Below are positions 35,946 to 46,795 of a DNA stretch of 64,000 nucleotides, in pieces; the first letter of the stretch is position 1; the number at the start of each line of letters is the position of its first letter. Both the position numbers and the translations under genes were made by a program. This stretch comes from Candidatus Bathyarchaeota archaeon (GTDB taxonomy: Archaea; Thermoproteota; Bathyarchaeia; Bathyarchaeales; DTEX01), in assembly GCA_018396405.1 (NCBI GenBank), contig JAGTQD010000001.1:5549-69548 (forward strand), written 5' to 3'. The notes under the pieces were generated by a model. That model ran no database searches. It had not been told where the DNA came from and saw nothing but the letters and a program-made list of their open reading frames with translations.

Positions 35946-37184
35946 TTGGTGATAATGGAGAGTTTAGATCTCAATTTTCCTATAAGAGTCATTCGTGAAG
36001 GGATGGCTGATATAGCTGTTCCAGTACTTGAGCTTTTCAAGAGGGGTTGCTGGGACTACGCCCCTGCCAGAGCCCCAGTATTCTATAATCCCAAAATGAA
36101 GATTTGCAGAGATATAGCTGTCCTAGCCCTGCAATCATATCAAGACATAGTCAATAGGGACTTAAGCGTCTCCGAGCCTCTGGCAGGCTGTGGTGTCAGG
36201 GGGATAAGGTTTGCAAAGGAGGTTAAGGGAATAAAGAGCGTTTATCTCAATGATATAAGTGAGAGGGCTTGCCAGCTCGCTAAATATAACATTCGTCTGA
36301 ATAACCTTGATGAAAAAGTCTTTGTGTCAAATGAGGATGCAAACCTTTTTCTTAGTAGGCATGCTGCCCCAAGAAACAGGTTCGATTTTATAGATATTGA
36401 TCCCTTTGGTTCTCCAGCCCTATACTTAGACTCCGCGATTAGGGCATTGAGGGATGGGGGACTATTAGCTTTAACGGCAACAGATATGGCTCCACTCTGC
36501 GGGGTCTATCCAAAAGTAGCCTTAAGAAAATATTGTGGCTTATCCCTAAAAACAGAGTATTGTCATGAAATAGCGATAAGGCTCCTAGCTGGCTGCCTTG
36601 CGATGGCGGCAGCTAGGCATAACATTGGAATAAAAATATTATTCAGTCATAGCACACGGCATTATATCAGGTTATATTCTCTAGTCGAGTATGGCGCTAA
36701 GAAAGCCGACGAAGCCCTGAAGAATATGGGCTATATACTGCACTGTTTCAAGTGCTTTCATAGAGAGACCCACCAAGACATCCTATTGAGTGGACGTGAA
36801 ACCAGATGCCCAGAATGCGGCTCAACATTAAGGGCTGCTGGACCATTATGGCTCGGGAAAATTGTTGATGAAAACTTTTGTAGTAAATTGGAGGAGAATT
36901 TAGGGAAAGATTATTTCAGCCATATAGATAATGAGGCTAAGAAAATAATATTTTTAGTAAGGGGTGAGACTGATGCTCCACTCACCTACTATGTTATCGA
37001 TGAGATCTGCGACAAATTCGGTTTGCCCACACCACCGTTAAAAGAAGTAATTGACCTCCTCTTAAGCATGAATTATAAGGCTTTAAGGACGCACTTTCAC
37101 GCTAGGGGGATAAAGACCGACGCACCAGCATCAACAGTTGTGAATGTTATCAAGAGGGCTGCTGAGGAGAATCTTCCAGCCTAA
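35946..37184 (+). CDS. trm1: tRNA (guanine26-N2)-dimethyltransferase
   Basis: Contains FYNPKMKICRD, EPLAGCGVRGIRFA, DIDPFGSP and a CFKC..CPECG cluster. Confidence 0.9.
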   Translation: MVIMESLDLNFPIRVIREGMADIAVPVLELFKRGCWDYAPARAPVFYNPKMKICRDIAVLALQSYQDIVNRDLSVSEPLAGCGVRGIRFAKEVKGIKSVYLNDISERACQLAKYNIRLNNLDEKVFVSNEDANLFLSRHAAPRNRFDFIDIDPFGSPALYLDSAIRALRDGGLLALTATDMAPLCGVYPKVALRKYCGLSLKTEYCHEIAIRLLAGCLAMAAARHNIGIKILFSHSTRHYIRLYSLVEYGAKKADEALKNMGYILHCFKCFHRETHQDILLSGRETRCPECGSTLRAAGPLWLGKIVDENFCSKLEENLGKDYFSHIDNEAKKIIFLVRGETDAPLTYYVIDEICDKFGLPTPPLKEVIDLLLSMNYKALRTHFHARGIKTDAPASTVVNVIKRAAEENLPA

Positions 37185-37185
37185 G

Positions 37186-38049
37186 TTACCTTTCTACTTT
37201 GATAACCTCTAAGCTCATGTCAATAGATTTAACGGAATGTGTGATAGCCCCGACAGAGATTATGTCTGGGCCAGTCCTAGCGTAATCTAATATATTATTC
37301 TCAGTTATCTCCCCGGAAACTTCTATGAGAACCTTATCCCTAAAGCCAAGCTCCCTAAGAGAATTGATAACCTTCTGCACCTCTTTAACGCTCATATTGT
37401 CCAGCATTATTATATCAGCGCCTAGCTCAGCCGCCCTAATAGCATCATCCACGGTCTTCGCTTCAACCTCAATCTTCTTCGAGAAGCTGGCGTAAGAGAG
37501 AGCTCTCTTTAATGCTTCCTCTAGGCTGCCAGCGATAGCTATATGATTGTCCTTTATGAGTATTTGATCATCTAGCCTAAATCTATGCGGGTCTCCTCCA
37601 CCAATTATGACGGCCCTCTTATCAAAATACCTTAGCCCAGGAGCCGTCTTTCTAGTTGCAGCTATGCGCACATTTAGTCCGGCATCCCTAACCTTCCTAA
37701 CCAATTTTCTTGTTTCAGTAGCTATCCCGCTCATCCTTGAGAGAAGATTCAGCGCGGTTCTCTCAGCTAAAAGTATGCTTCTCCCATCACCCTCAACCTC
37801 AGCTATAGAGGTGCCTGGCTGAACCTCTTCTCCTTCTCTAACATTCGGCAGAAACTTTGCGCCAACAATCTCAAAGATCATTTTTGCTTCGTTAAGTCCT
37901 GCCACAACTGCTGGCTCCTTCACTACTATTTGTGCGTGAACCTTAATCCCGCTGGGAATGATAGCCTCTGTCGTAATATCGCCCAAACCTATATCTTCCT
38001 CAAGAAAATTCCTGAGCTTTTCTCTCAGTATACTCTCTGGAATACTCAA
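37186..38049 (-). CDS. nadC: nicotinate-nucleotide pyrophosphorylase (quinolinate PRTase)
   Basis: Contains ERTALNLL, TRKTAPGLR, HRFRLDD and IMLDNM motifs. Confidence 0.9.
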   Translation of the reverse strand: MSIPESILREKLRNFLEEDIGLGDITTEAIIPSGIKVHAQIVVKEPAVVAGLNEAKMIFEIVGAKFLPNVREGEEVQPGTSIAEVEGDGRSILLAERTALNLLSRMSGIATETRKLVRKVRDAGLNVRIAATRKTAPGLRYFDKRAVIIGGGDPHRFRLDDQILIKDNHIAIAGSLEEALKRALSYASFSKKIEVEAKTVDDAIRAAELGADIIMLDNMSVKEVQKVINSLRELGFRDKVLIEVSGEITENNILDYARTGPDIISVGAITHSVKSIDMSLEVIKVER

Positions 38050-38147
38050 TTTCCATCATCCATAGTTTCCTACAGGGCGTCACACATAAACTTTATCATT
38101 AACCCTTCAAAACAATCTTTTCTAGAAATCTCTCCCTTTTAAATACT

Positions 38148-39941
38148 CTATTTGTGAGCGTAGAAGGCGGTTACCTCTTCATCCACCTTCTCTATTCTCA
38201 CAAAGCCGAAGCGCTCAAACTGCACAACCTCGTCAACCCTAGAAGTTTTAATCGAGGGCTCAGTGAAACCGCTGACGATAGTATTGTCTGGCATAACTAC
38301 GTTGCATGGCAGTAGGTTCTCGTTTGGGAGCCAGTGGATTAGGGGGGCATTAAGTCTCTTGGCGTCACCATATGATTCGCTATAGAAGACAGCGCTCACT
38401 TGACTACTGGAGACAGCTTTGACCTCAATATTAAATAGCTCCATTAAACGCACAATTCTTCCAACATATAGTTGCTCAGCGTCTCTGCCAGAGATTAAAA
38501 AGACGGCAACTCTCCTAATGGGTCTGATATGAAATATCCTCTCACCCCTTTCCGGATGATCTGGGTGTAATGGAATATGAGTCACGAAATCCCTCATAAC
38601 GCCCTCAACGGTCAACCTCACTGGATCCCAGACAAAGAAGAATCTGTTAGCAATGGGGTCTATTATCTTCCTGTTGTGGGCGTATAGATTCTCCCAGCTT
38701 ATAATTATATCCGCTGGTCTAGGCCCTATTTCAAGTATGAGTCTCCTTATAGCCTCAGGTTTAATACCCCTACGCCTAAGGGCGAGAAAAGTTGCTAGGC
38801 GGGGGTCATCCCATCCAGTATAAATGCCCTCCATCACCCCGCGCACAATCTTAGATTTGCTGAGGGATGCGCCAACAATCTTAAGCCTACCATAATGTAT
38901 CGCCTCAGGATACTCCCAGCCCAGATAGCGGTACAGATACTTCTGTCTCTCCTGGTTAGTCAAATGCTCCTTTCCACGTATAATATGCGTTATTCCCATT
39001 AGGTGGTCATCTATCCCACAGGCGAAATTATAGAGGGGCCAAACCCTATATTTTGAGCCGACTCTCGGATGCGGATACTTATCTGTATCTATTATCCTAA
39101 AGGCTGGCCAATCCCTAATGGCTGGGTTTGGGTGCTTTAAATCGGTCTTTATGCGAACGACGGCCTCACCCTCACCATAAACTCCGCTCAGCATTCCATC
39201 CCATCTACTCAAATGCTCCTCAGGTGGAAGGTCACGGCATGGGCATGGCTCCCCAACTATGACTCTTGCGTGGAATTCCTCCGGCTTACACTTGCAGACG
39301 TAGGCGTATCCGTCAGAAAGGAGTTTTTCAGCGTATTTATAGTAGATTTCTATTCTATCGCTCTGGATATATTCCTCGTCAGGTGGACATCCAAGCCAAT
39401 CTAAATCCTTCCTTATTAAGTCCATGAATTCAAGGGAGGACTTCTTTAATCTTGGATCAGTGTCCTCGAATCTTAGAATAAACTTTCCACCATACATTTT
39501 AGCATACTCGTAGCAGAGGATTATTGCCCTAGCGGAGCCGATATGTAGGACGCAGTCCGGGTTCGGAGCAAACCTCGTTACGACACGCCCATACTTCTCA
39601 ACGTTTGGTAATGGTGGGAGACTCTTCTCCCATGCTTTTTCCTCCCTAGCCTTGGATGCCAGAGCTTCTGGCCAGAGAGTTTTTAGGAGGCTAATCTGCT
39701 CGCTCTGGGATAGGCTATTAACCTCCTGAACAACCTCTTCAACTATCGCCACAATGTTTTTAGCGAAGGGCTTTAGATCCGGTCTCTCTCCTAAAATTCT
39801 CCCTATAACGGGCTTACTCTGAGCTTTCCCGCCATAGGAAACAGCGTTTAATAGGGCGATCTTCTTTGCCAAGGCTCTAATGGAATCTAAGTCCACTGTC
39901 CCCGAGCCCAATTTTTCGGCAGCCCCTAAACAAGGATACAC
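38148..39941 (-). CDS. gltX: glutamate--tRNA ligase (archaeal type)
   Basis: RFAPNPDCVLHIGSAR gives the HIGH motif and LSKSK gives the KMSKS-like motif. 597 aa. Confidence 0.9.
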   Translation of the reverse strand: MYPCLGAAEKLGSGTVDLDSIRALAKKIALLNAVSYGGKAQSKPVIGRILGERPDLKPFAKNIVAIVEEVVQEVNSLSQSEQISLLKTLWPEALASKAREEKAWEKSLPPLPNVEKYGRVVTRFAPNPDCVLHIGSARAIILCYEYAKMYGGKFILRFEDTDPRLKKSSLEFMDLIRKDLDWLGCPPDEEYIQSDRIEIYYKYAEKLLSDGYAYVCKCKPEEFHARVIVGEPCPCRDLPPEEHLSRWDGMLSGVYGEGEAVVRIKTDLKHPNPAIRDWPAFRIIDTDKYPHPRVGSKYRVWPLYNFACGIDDHLMGITHIIRGKEHLTNQERQKYLYRYLGWEYPEAIHYGRLKIVGASLSKSKIVRGVMEGIYTGWDDPRLATFLALRRRGIKPEAIRRLILEIGPRPADIIISWENLYAHNRKIIDPIANRFFFVWDPVRLTVEGVMRDFVTHIPLHPDHPERGERIFHIRPIRRVAVFLISGRDAEQLYVGRIVRLMELFNIEVKAVSSSQVSAVFYSESYGDAKRLNAPLIHWLPNENLLPCNVVMPDNTIVSGFTEPSIKTSRVDEVVQFERFGFVRIEKVDEEVTAFYAHK

Positions 39942-39947
39942 TGATGA

Positions 39948-41027
39948 TTATATTTTTCTCTGGATAAGATACTCTGCGAATGCCTTAATCTTTTTCTTTG
40001 GCTCCCCCTCAGGTATTAACCCGTCTATATTCTTCCAGCCCTCCTCAACTAATCTTGAGGCAACGTTCCTCGCATACTCTATAGCGCCGTATTTCCGCAT
40101 TATGTTAATGGCCTTCATCTTAAGGGATTCATCCCCCGTATGCATTCTGAGTATCCTTAGAAGCTCCAATCCATCCTCTCTACTAGCCCTCCGCAGCGTG
40201 TATATGACCATTAAAGTTATCTTTCCTTCAGTTATATCCATGCCAAGACCACCCTTCCCCTTAGCGAACTCCTCCCCAGTTATATCAAGTATATCATCCT
40301 GAATCTGAAAAGCTACACCTATAGATTCGGCGAACCCCCCAACTCTACTAATAACCTCGTCGCCTGAACCAGCTAAGATTGCAGCCATTTTAGCTGACAT
40401 CCTTGCAAGAGTCCCAGTCTTATAGGCGCACATCTGCAGATAATGCTCCTCACACAGAGTCTCAGGGGGAACTAAGCCTCTATGCCAAGCTATGTCGATT
40501 GCCTGCCCAAGGCTGAGGTTTATCATCTCTTGAACAAAAACCTCATAAAGCCTTCTAGCAGTCTCTACAGGAATCTCATTCCGCTTATCGCTTAAAACTA
40601 TTATTGGTAGGAAGTACATTGCCTGCGATAGGTTTATGGCTATGTCTAAGCCGTAGATCTTGTATGTGCAGGGCTTCCCTCTCCTCATCTCAGAAGAGTC
40701 TTCAATGTCATCGGCTATCAATGTACCATTATGTATGATTTCTGGGATTATGGCAAAATCTAAAGCATCCTCAGATTTACCACCCAAGGCTTCATATATT
40801 AGGAGGAAGAGCGCTGGGCGCCACCGCTTTCCACCCCTATCAAGGAATTCCCAGAGAGGCTCGCTGATAGCCTTGTTAAGGGCGTCAAAGTCTAGGCGAT
40901 ATCTCGGCGGAATAATCTTAAATAATAGTGAATCCTCGGATAGAACCCTCGGAATATATTTTTCTATGCAAGCATTAACCTTTTTGGCAGTCTCCTCTAA
41001 ATAGGCTTCTATATCAAGCAGGCCCAC
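39948..41027 (-). CDS. polyprenyl (geranylgeranyl) diphosphate synthase
   Basis: LIADDIEDSS and FQIQDDILD are the two Asp-rich motifs. GTG start. Confidence 0.85.
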   Translation of the reverse strand: MGLLDIEAYLEETAKKVNACIEKYIPRVLSEDSLLFKIIPPRYRLDFDALNKAISEPLWEFLDRGGKRWRPALFLLIYEALGGKSEDALDFAIIPEIIHNGTLIADDIEDSSEMRRGKPCTYKIYGLDIAINLSQAMYFLPIIVLSDKRNEIPVETARRLYEVFVQEMINLSLGQAIDIAWHRGLVPPETLCEEHYLQMCAYKTGTLARMSAKMAAILAGSGDEVISRVGGFAESIGVAFQIQDDILDITGEEFAKGKGGLGMDITEGKITLMVIYTLRRASREDGLELLRILRMHTGDESLKMKAINIMRKYGAIEYARNVASRLVEEGWKNIDGLIPEGEPKKKIKAFAEYLIQRKI

Positions 41028-42163
41028 TCTGATACACCACTCCTCCTAGCATATAATAGATCAGGGTTGAAGCCCCTCGCCCTAAGCCACTCCGCGGTCT
41101 TGCCAACTATAACCAAGGGAACCCTCTTTAAATCTTCTATGGACTTAGCGCCCGTCAAGAACATAGCGCATTTAAGCTGACTAACTAAGGACATTAAGAA
41201 CCGCTTCGTCTCCTTCGGACCCTTCAACGCTGCTAGGAGGACTGGACGGGCTATCCCAGCTAGGGATGCTCCAAGCGCAATAGACTTAGCTATATCTAGC
41301 CCAGCCCTAACCCCGCCAGAGGCTATAACTGGAATCCTAACTGAGTTAACAACCTCAACTAGGCTGACAACGGTTGGTATACCCCAATCCCAGAATATTA
41401 ATCCAAGATCCTGGCCATAAGTATCGCCACGCTCAGCAGCCCTATAATACTCTACGGCAGCCCAGCTCGTCCCTCCAGCGCCAGCCACATCAATACATGA
41501 GACGCCAGCCCCCTCAAGCATGCGGGCAACCTCGCATGAGATGCCGCAGCCAGTCTCCTTAACTATAATGGGGACATCAAGCCTATTGGCTAGGTAGCTT
41601 ATCTTCTGCAGTATTCCAGCATACAGCGTCTCACCCTCAGGCTGAATAGCTTCCTGAAGAGGGTTCAAATGTATCACTAGGGCATCCGCTCCAATCATAT
41701 CGATAGCCGAGGCAACCTCCTTTATAGTGTATCCTGCTGCAAGCTGAGCCCCACCAATATTTGCGGCTATAAAGGCATTTGGGGCCTTCTCCCTGACAAT
41801 TCTATAGGTTCGCTCTAAATTAGGCTTCTCTATGGCGGCTCTCTGGCTCCCAACACCCATGCCTAGGCGGAGCTCCTCAACAGCCTCAGCTATTGCGGCG
41901 TTTATCTCCATAGCCTTCTCCGTCCCGCCAGTCATGCCTTCAACAATTATTGGCGCCGAAAAACTATGGCCTAGGAAGGATATCTCTGTCCTAATGTCGC
42001 TCAGATTGATTTCTGGGAGGGCCCTATGTATTAGGTAAACATCCCTAAAGCCTGTTGAGATCTCTTTTGCCCCAACATCGCGCTCGGCGCAGATCCTGAT
42101 ATGATCGTTCTTTCTATCCTCTATCCTAAACTTTCCCCCCAATAATTCTCGTTCCAACGACAC
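41009..42163 (-). CDS. fni: type 2 isopentenyl-diphosphate delta-isomerase
   Basis: Has an FMN TIM-barrel pattern (VKETGCGIS, AGAGGTSWAAVE, ASGGVR). GTG start overlapping the ipk 3' end. Confidence 0.9.
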   Translation of the reverse strand: MSLERELLGGKFRIEDRKNDHIRICAERDVGAKEISTGFRDVYLIHRALPEINLSDIRTEISFLGHSFSAPIIVEGMTGGTEKAMEINAAIAEAVEELRLGMGVGSQRAAIEKPNLERTYRIVREKAPNAFIAANIGGAQLAAGYTIKEVASAIDMIGADALVIHLNPLQEAIQPEGETLYAGILQKISYLANRLDVPIIVKETGCGISCEVARMLEGAGVSCIDVAGAGGTSWAAVEYYRAAERGDTYGQDLGLIFWDWGIPTVVSLVEVVNSVRIPVIASGGVRAGLDIAKSIALGASLAGIARPVLLAALKGPKETKRFLMSLVSQLKCAMFLTGAKSIEDLKRVPLVIVGKTAEWLRARGFNPDLLYARRSGVSEWACLI

Positions 42164-42974
42164 TTTCTCCTCTTAATGCCCTGTAAATGTTATTCTCCCT
42201 TAAAGCATTTATAATAAGCACCTCAATGCCCCTAGAGACTAGATCAATTATCTCCAGTATTTTTCCCATCATGCCGCCCGTCACATCAGACGCCCTTGCC
42301 CCACCAACCGATGCGGTAATCCCCTTTAAATCCTCAACAGTTATCTCAGTGATAAGGCGCGCATTTTGGACGACTTTTGGGTCAGATGTATATAGGCCAT
42401 CAACATCTACGCCGAAGATTACTCTCCTGGCATCAAATTCTACCGCAAGCCTGGCGGCTATCTGATCTCCAGAGAGGATGGCTGACCCTTGAGCATAATC
42501 TAGCACGGCATCCCCATATAGGACTGGTATAAAGCCAGACTTGAGGGCTTGTTCCAGAGCATCCATATATAAGCTTTGGATTCTGCCACGCCTAGTGATA
42601 ATAAAGGATGAGGGCGAGAAGCTGACTGCTGGAAGCCCCTCATCTAAGAGGGCCTCGACGACAAGCATGTTCAGTCTAACCATTGCATTATGGGTTTTCG
42701 AGAAGCCGAGCATCTGCTCACCACCCTTTAATCCCCCAGCGATTCCATACTCCGCGGCAAGCGTGTGGCCGAAGCTACCGCCACCATGAACTATTATGAG
42801 CGGTGAAGCTTTAGATTCAGTTATCTCGCGGGCCAAGCGCTTTATTGCCAGCACATTTGGTGTGAATGGTCTATCTTTGAAAGTTATAACGGAGCCGCCT
42901 AGTTTAATTATTATTAGTTCACCCTTCAATTTTAACCCCCATAGACGCCATATTAACGATAAGTGGGTTTCCAT
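42126..42974 (-). CDS. ipk: isopentenyl phosphate kinase
   Basis: Contains IIKLGGSVITFKD and IVHGGGSFGH. The probable true start is the TTG at 42929, overlapping the mvk stop. Confidence 0.85.
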   Translation of the reverse strand: METHLSLIWRLWGLKLKGELIIIKLGGSVITFKDRPFTPNVLAIKRLAREITESKASPLIIVHGGGSFGHTLAAEYGIAGGLKGGEQMLGFSKTHNAMVRLNMLVVEALLDEGLPAVSFSPSSFIITRRGRIQSLYMDALEQALKSGFIPVLYGDAVLDYAQGSAILSGDQIAARLAVEFDARRVIFGVDVDGLYTSDPKVVQNARLITEITVEDLKGITASVGGARASDVTGGMMGKILEIIDLVSRGIEVLIINALRENNIYRALRGESVVGTRIIGGKV

Positions 42975-43902
42975 CAGCTACCCTAATTGATTCTGCAACG
43001 TGGTATAGATTCTCCCGCAACGATAATGCTATAATGCACCCCCCGCCACCAGCGCCCGTTATTTTAGCGCCAAGTGCACCAGCCTGCCTAGCAGCCCAGA
43101 CAAGTCTCTCAACAGCTAAATTTGATACTCCAATTGCATATAATAGGGCGTGGTTAATGTTCATTAGGTGTCCAAGAGTTATTAGGTCGCCGTCCTCGAG
43201 AGCTTTAATGGCTAGATTGGCGACTAGTTCTCCAACACCCATAATACCATCGACAACTTCTGGATAAAGTCTTTTAATCTCGCTCACGTGTAGAACCATT
43301 TTACGAGTGTCACGTATAACCCGCGTGTCGCCCAGAACCAGTGGGAGGTCAGCATTCACCTTTAGTCTCATGATGCCTCCGCTCCTCCTATAGGCTAAGA
43401 CCCCACCATATGTTGATACAGCTGGATCGACGCCGGAGGGGTTTTCATGAACAACCCTCTCGGCCTCTAAAGCCAGCTTAAAGATATCATCTTTACTCAA
43501 GCTCATCTCTAGAAGATTGCCCACAGCTGCTGTTGTAGCGACGGAGACAGCGGCTGAGGAGCCTAATCCGGATGCCACCGGTATCTCCGACTCAATATTT
43601 ATATCTAAACCAACAACCTCTCCAGCGAGATTTAGAACGTTTTTTGCCGCTATATAGATTGGCTTGAGCCTAATGCACTCGAAGCCGCCTAAGATAGGCT
43701 TATAATCACCATTGAACGAGAATTCCCCCGATAAGCCCATCGTATTAGACCTAATAATAATTTTCTTGTCCCCCCTAGGCTTAACTGTGACGCATGCTCT
43801 TAAGTCTATGGCCATAACTATCGCTAGCCTATCGTAAACCACGAAGTGCTCGCCGAACAGGATCACTTTGGCAGGGGCAGATGCCCTTGAAATCTCCCTC
43901 AA
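42919..43902 (-). CDS. mvk: mevalonate kinase
   Basis: Contains APAKVILFGEHFVVY, the GHMP motif PVASGLGSSAA, and KITGAGGGGC. Confidence 0.9.
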   Translation of the reverse strand: MREISRASAPAKVILFGEHFVVYDRLAIVMAIDLRACVTVKPRGDKKIIIRSNTMGLSGEFSFNGDYKPILGGFECIRLKPIYIAAKNVLNLAGEVVGLDINIESEIPVASGLGSSAAVSVATTAAVGNLLEMSLSKDDIFKLALEAERVVHENPSGVDPAVSTYGGVLAYRRSGGIMRLKVNADLPLVLGDTRVIRDTRKMVLHVSEIKRLYPEVVDGIMGVGELVANLAIKALEDGDLITLGHLMNINHALLYAIGVSNLAVERLVWAARQAGALGAKITGAGGGGCIIALSLRENLYHVAESIRVADGNPLIVNMASMGVKIEG

Positions 43903-43912
43903 TCCTAAACCT

Positions 43913-44782
43913 TCACCTAGTTATTGATATTGCAGCGTAGCCCACGACGGCGGAGGTATCTCCAGTTATATCCCCGCTAGTTTTATAGCTTAGGAGCTCA
44001 ACACTCTTAGCGTTAAGCCCCTTCGCTGCAGTTATGAGGGCTGCGACAGGGCCATAACCACATGCCGTTACACGCTTAGATTCCAGGATAGAATAAAATA
44101 GTCTTTCATCCATCTTTAGGACCGCATTTATCGCCTCCATGTCCTTTTCATACGCGACCCTCTGGGGCTCATAGTGAGTCCAGTCTGAGGACGCTATTAT
44201 AACAGCGTTTTTATCCTTTAGGGCCGCGGCAAGCGCCCGGCCAACCTCGCAGACCGTCTCAAGATCTTGCATTAAAAAGCATATTGGAACAAACTTGAGT
44301 GACTGCCCATATATATATTGCAGGAAGGGGAGCTGAACTTCTATTGAGTGCTCATAGATGTGCGCTGAATCGTCCACATCGATTATGCTTGAGTGTCGGA
44401 GTATTTCCTTAGCGGTCTCATGATCCACCTCTACATCGCCGAGGGGAGTTCTCCAAACGCCTCGATCCATCAGCGCAACCCCGCTTCCAATACCCTGATG
44501 GTTCGGCCCCATAATAATGAAGACTCCAACCCGCCCATCCAAAGATAACTTATAATATGCATTGGCCGCTACCGGGCCAGAATACATATATCCGGCATGC
44601 GGGCAGACAAGGCCGATTATCTTTCTCTCACCCTCCTCACGGAGCGATGGGAGGCTTCCGGGCCCGAACTTATGTGTGAAGCACTCCTCTATCTGTCGCC
44701 TAAGAGATTCTCTAGTGCCAGCGTAAAAGCTTCCGGCATATCTGGCATACCTAACCTTCAACGATAAGCCTCCATAACCCAT
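43913..44782 (-). CDS. amrB: AmmeMemoRadiSam system protein B (Memo-like)
   Basis: Contains GLVCPHAGYMYSG and SSDWTHY motifs. Confidence 0.8.
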   Translation of the reverse strand: MGYGGLSLKVRYARYAGSFYAGTRESLRRQIEECFTHKFGPGSLPSLREEGERKIIGLVCPHAGYMYSGPVAANAYYKLSLDGRVGVFIIMGPNHQGIGSGVALMDRGVWRTPLGDVEVDHETAKEILRHSSIIDVDDSAHIYEHSIEVQLPFLQYIYGQSLKFVPICFLMQDLETVCEVGRALAAALKDKNAVIIASSDWTHYEPQRVAYEKDMEAINAVLKMDERLFYSILESKRVTACGYGPVAALITAAKGLNAKSVELLSYKTSGDITGDTSAVVGYAAISITR

Positions 44783-44877
44783 ACTAAATTATTACAAAGA
44801 TAAGGAAATAAAATATTTCTTCCAAGAATTTCTTGATAAGCGAGACTAAGATTTATGCCCACTGCACTAGATTATCA

Positions 44878-45531
44878 CTACTCTTGCTGTGTCTTCTCAA
44901 CTAGCTTAACCTCAAATTCCTCTATCGGTATAGGTAATTCTCCATCTGACGGAAGCTCATTCCTCTCCCTTAGAACTTGCCTGGCTAGGAGCCAATAGAT
45001 TGCCGCTAAGGCTTTCCTACCCTTATTATTTGTTGGTATAACAAGGTCTATGTTTGTGAAATCATTGTCGGTGCTGCATAAGGCTACTACTGGCACACCT
45101 ATCTCAGTAGCCTCTTTAACCGCCTGTGAGTCTGCCCTTGGATCAGAAACTAGAACAACGTCTGGTTCAAGCTTTCTAGGATAAAGTGGATTTAGGAATA
45201 AACCTGGTGGGAACCTACCTATTACGGGGGTAGCCCCAGTTACCTCGCAGAACTTTGCAACGGGTTCTTTTGCGTAGAGTCTAACGGCTGTAGCTACAAT
45301 TTTTGGCGGATCAAACCTGCTGAGAAACTTTGCTGCAATCCTTATGCGCTCATCTATCTTCCTTATATCTAAAATATAGAGTCCGTCCGACCTAACCTTA
45401 TAGATGAAGGGCTCCATATCTTCGTTCTTTATCTTTGTCCCGATATGCACGCCATATGATAGAAAAACATCCTGTGAAAGTAGGAGGCCTTCAACGGCTG
45501 CAACCTCACCTTCAGTTTTCTCCTTAGACAA
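44878..45531 (-). CDS. rps2: 30S ribosomal protein uS2
   Basis: Contains YGVHIGT, ATPVIGRFPPG and TNNKGRKALA. Confidence 0.95.
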   Translation of the reverse strand: MSKEKTEGEVAAVEGLLLSQDVFLSYGVHIGTKIKNEDMEPFIYKVRSDGLYILDIRKIDERIRIAAKFLSRFDPPKIVATAVRLYAKEPVAKFCEVTGATPVIGRFPPGLFLNPLYPRKLEPDVVLVSDPRADSQAVKEATEIGVPVVALCSTDNDFTNIDLVIPTNNKGRKALAAIYWLLARQVLRERNELPSDGELPIPIEEFEVKLVEKTQQE

Positions 45532-45544
45532 GGATGCACCCCCA

Positions 45545-46795
45545 TTAAATTTTAAGTCTAGCCATTCTAGCCCTCTTGTTTAATATCTCTTCAATATATA
45601 TTAGCTCATTGATCTTAGCTAGCCGCTCCCCACCTACAACCCCAGTCTTTATTATTGGGCAGCCGAAGCCCACCGCGAGGTGCGCAATGTGAGACGAGGT
45701 TGTCTCACCAGATCTATGGGAGATAACTGGTATGTAGTTATTTTCCTTAGCAAGCATAATTGTCTTCAGGGAGTCTGTTAATGTTCCAACCTGGTTAACC
45801 TTGATTATCACGGCATTTCCAGCTTTCATTTCCACGCCGACTTTAAGCCGCTTCTCATTTGTGGCAAAGAGATCATCCCCACATATAAGACAGCCCTTAG
45901 CTTTCAAAGTCAACTCATGGAAGCCCTCAAAATCATCCTCGTACAGCGGATCTTCGACATAAACCAGTTTATATTTTTCAATTAAGCTTAAAACATATTC
46001 GATCTGCGCGCCAGCATCTCTCTCAACGCCCTCATTAGCGTATATATACCGCTGTTTCTCTGGGTTCCAGAGGGTTGATGATGCCATATCCAAACCAAGT
46101 CTACACTCGAAGCCAATTTCATTCGAGACCTCCTCGCAAGCCCTTGAGACTATCTCAAGCGCCATCTCATTCGATATGCGTGGAGCCCACGCACCCTCAT
46201 CCCCCCTACCACCGGTAAAGTTTGGATCAGCCTTAACTAGCAAATCCCTAACCCTTCTATGAACATTAATGTTCGCCTCAGCCGCGGCTATAAAAGACTT
46301 GGCGCCTAAAGGGAGAACGAGAAACTCCTGAATATCCGGAACCTTTCCTAGGGCGTGTCTACCCCCACCGAGAACGTTGCCGAGGGGGTAAGGTAGCTGG
46401 CAGGCTAGGTGCCCGCCAAGATATTGGAATAGGGGCATGCCATATGAGTTGGCTGCAGCATCCGCAACCGCTAAAGAGATCGCGTAGGCAGTATTTCCGC
46501 CGATATTCATGAAGTTTTCCGTTCCATCGAGCTCATGTAATAAGCTGTCTATCTCTTCCTGCTCATCAGCGCTCATACCAATTAGTTCTGGGGCAATGAG
46601 TTCTTCAACCTTTCTTATAGCCTCCTCCACACCACCCTTTGGGTAGGCTACTACCTCAGCCTTACCCTTACTAGCCCCGCTTGGAGCCGAGGCTATACCT
46701 AGGCCCTCAGCCGTTATTATCTCAACCTCTATGGTCACATCTCCCCTACTATCAAAAATTTTCCTCGCCTTAACATCCTCAATTATAGCAGCCAT
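45545..46795 (-). CDS. eno: enolase
   Basis: Contains SAPSGASKG, GDDLF, IKVNQVGTLT and SHRSGET. Confidence 0.95.
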   Translation of the reverse strand: MAAIIEDVKARKIFDSRGDVTIEVEIITAEGLGIASAPSGASKGKAEVVAYPKGGVEEAIRKVEELIAPELIGMSADEQEEIDSLLHELDGTENFMNIGGNTAYAISLAVADAAANSYGMPLFQYLGGHLACQLPYPLGNVLGGGRHALGKVPDIQEFLVLPLGAKSFIAAAEANINVHRRVRDLLVKADPNFTGGRGDEGAWAPRISNEMALEIVSRACEEVSNEIGFECRLGLDMASSTLWNPEKQRYIYANEGVERDAGAQIEYVLSLIEKYKLVYVEDPLYEDDFEGFHELTLKAKGCLICGDDLFATNEKRLKVGVEMKAGNAVIIKVNQVGTLTDSLKTIMLAKENNYIPVISHRSGETTSSHIAHLAVGFGCPIIKTGVVGGERLAKINELIYIEEILNKRARMARLKI

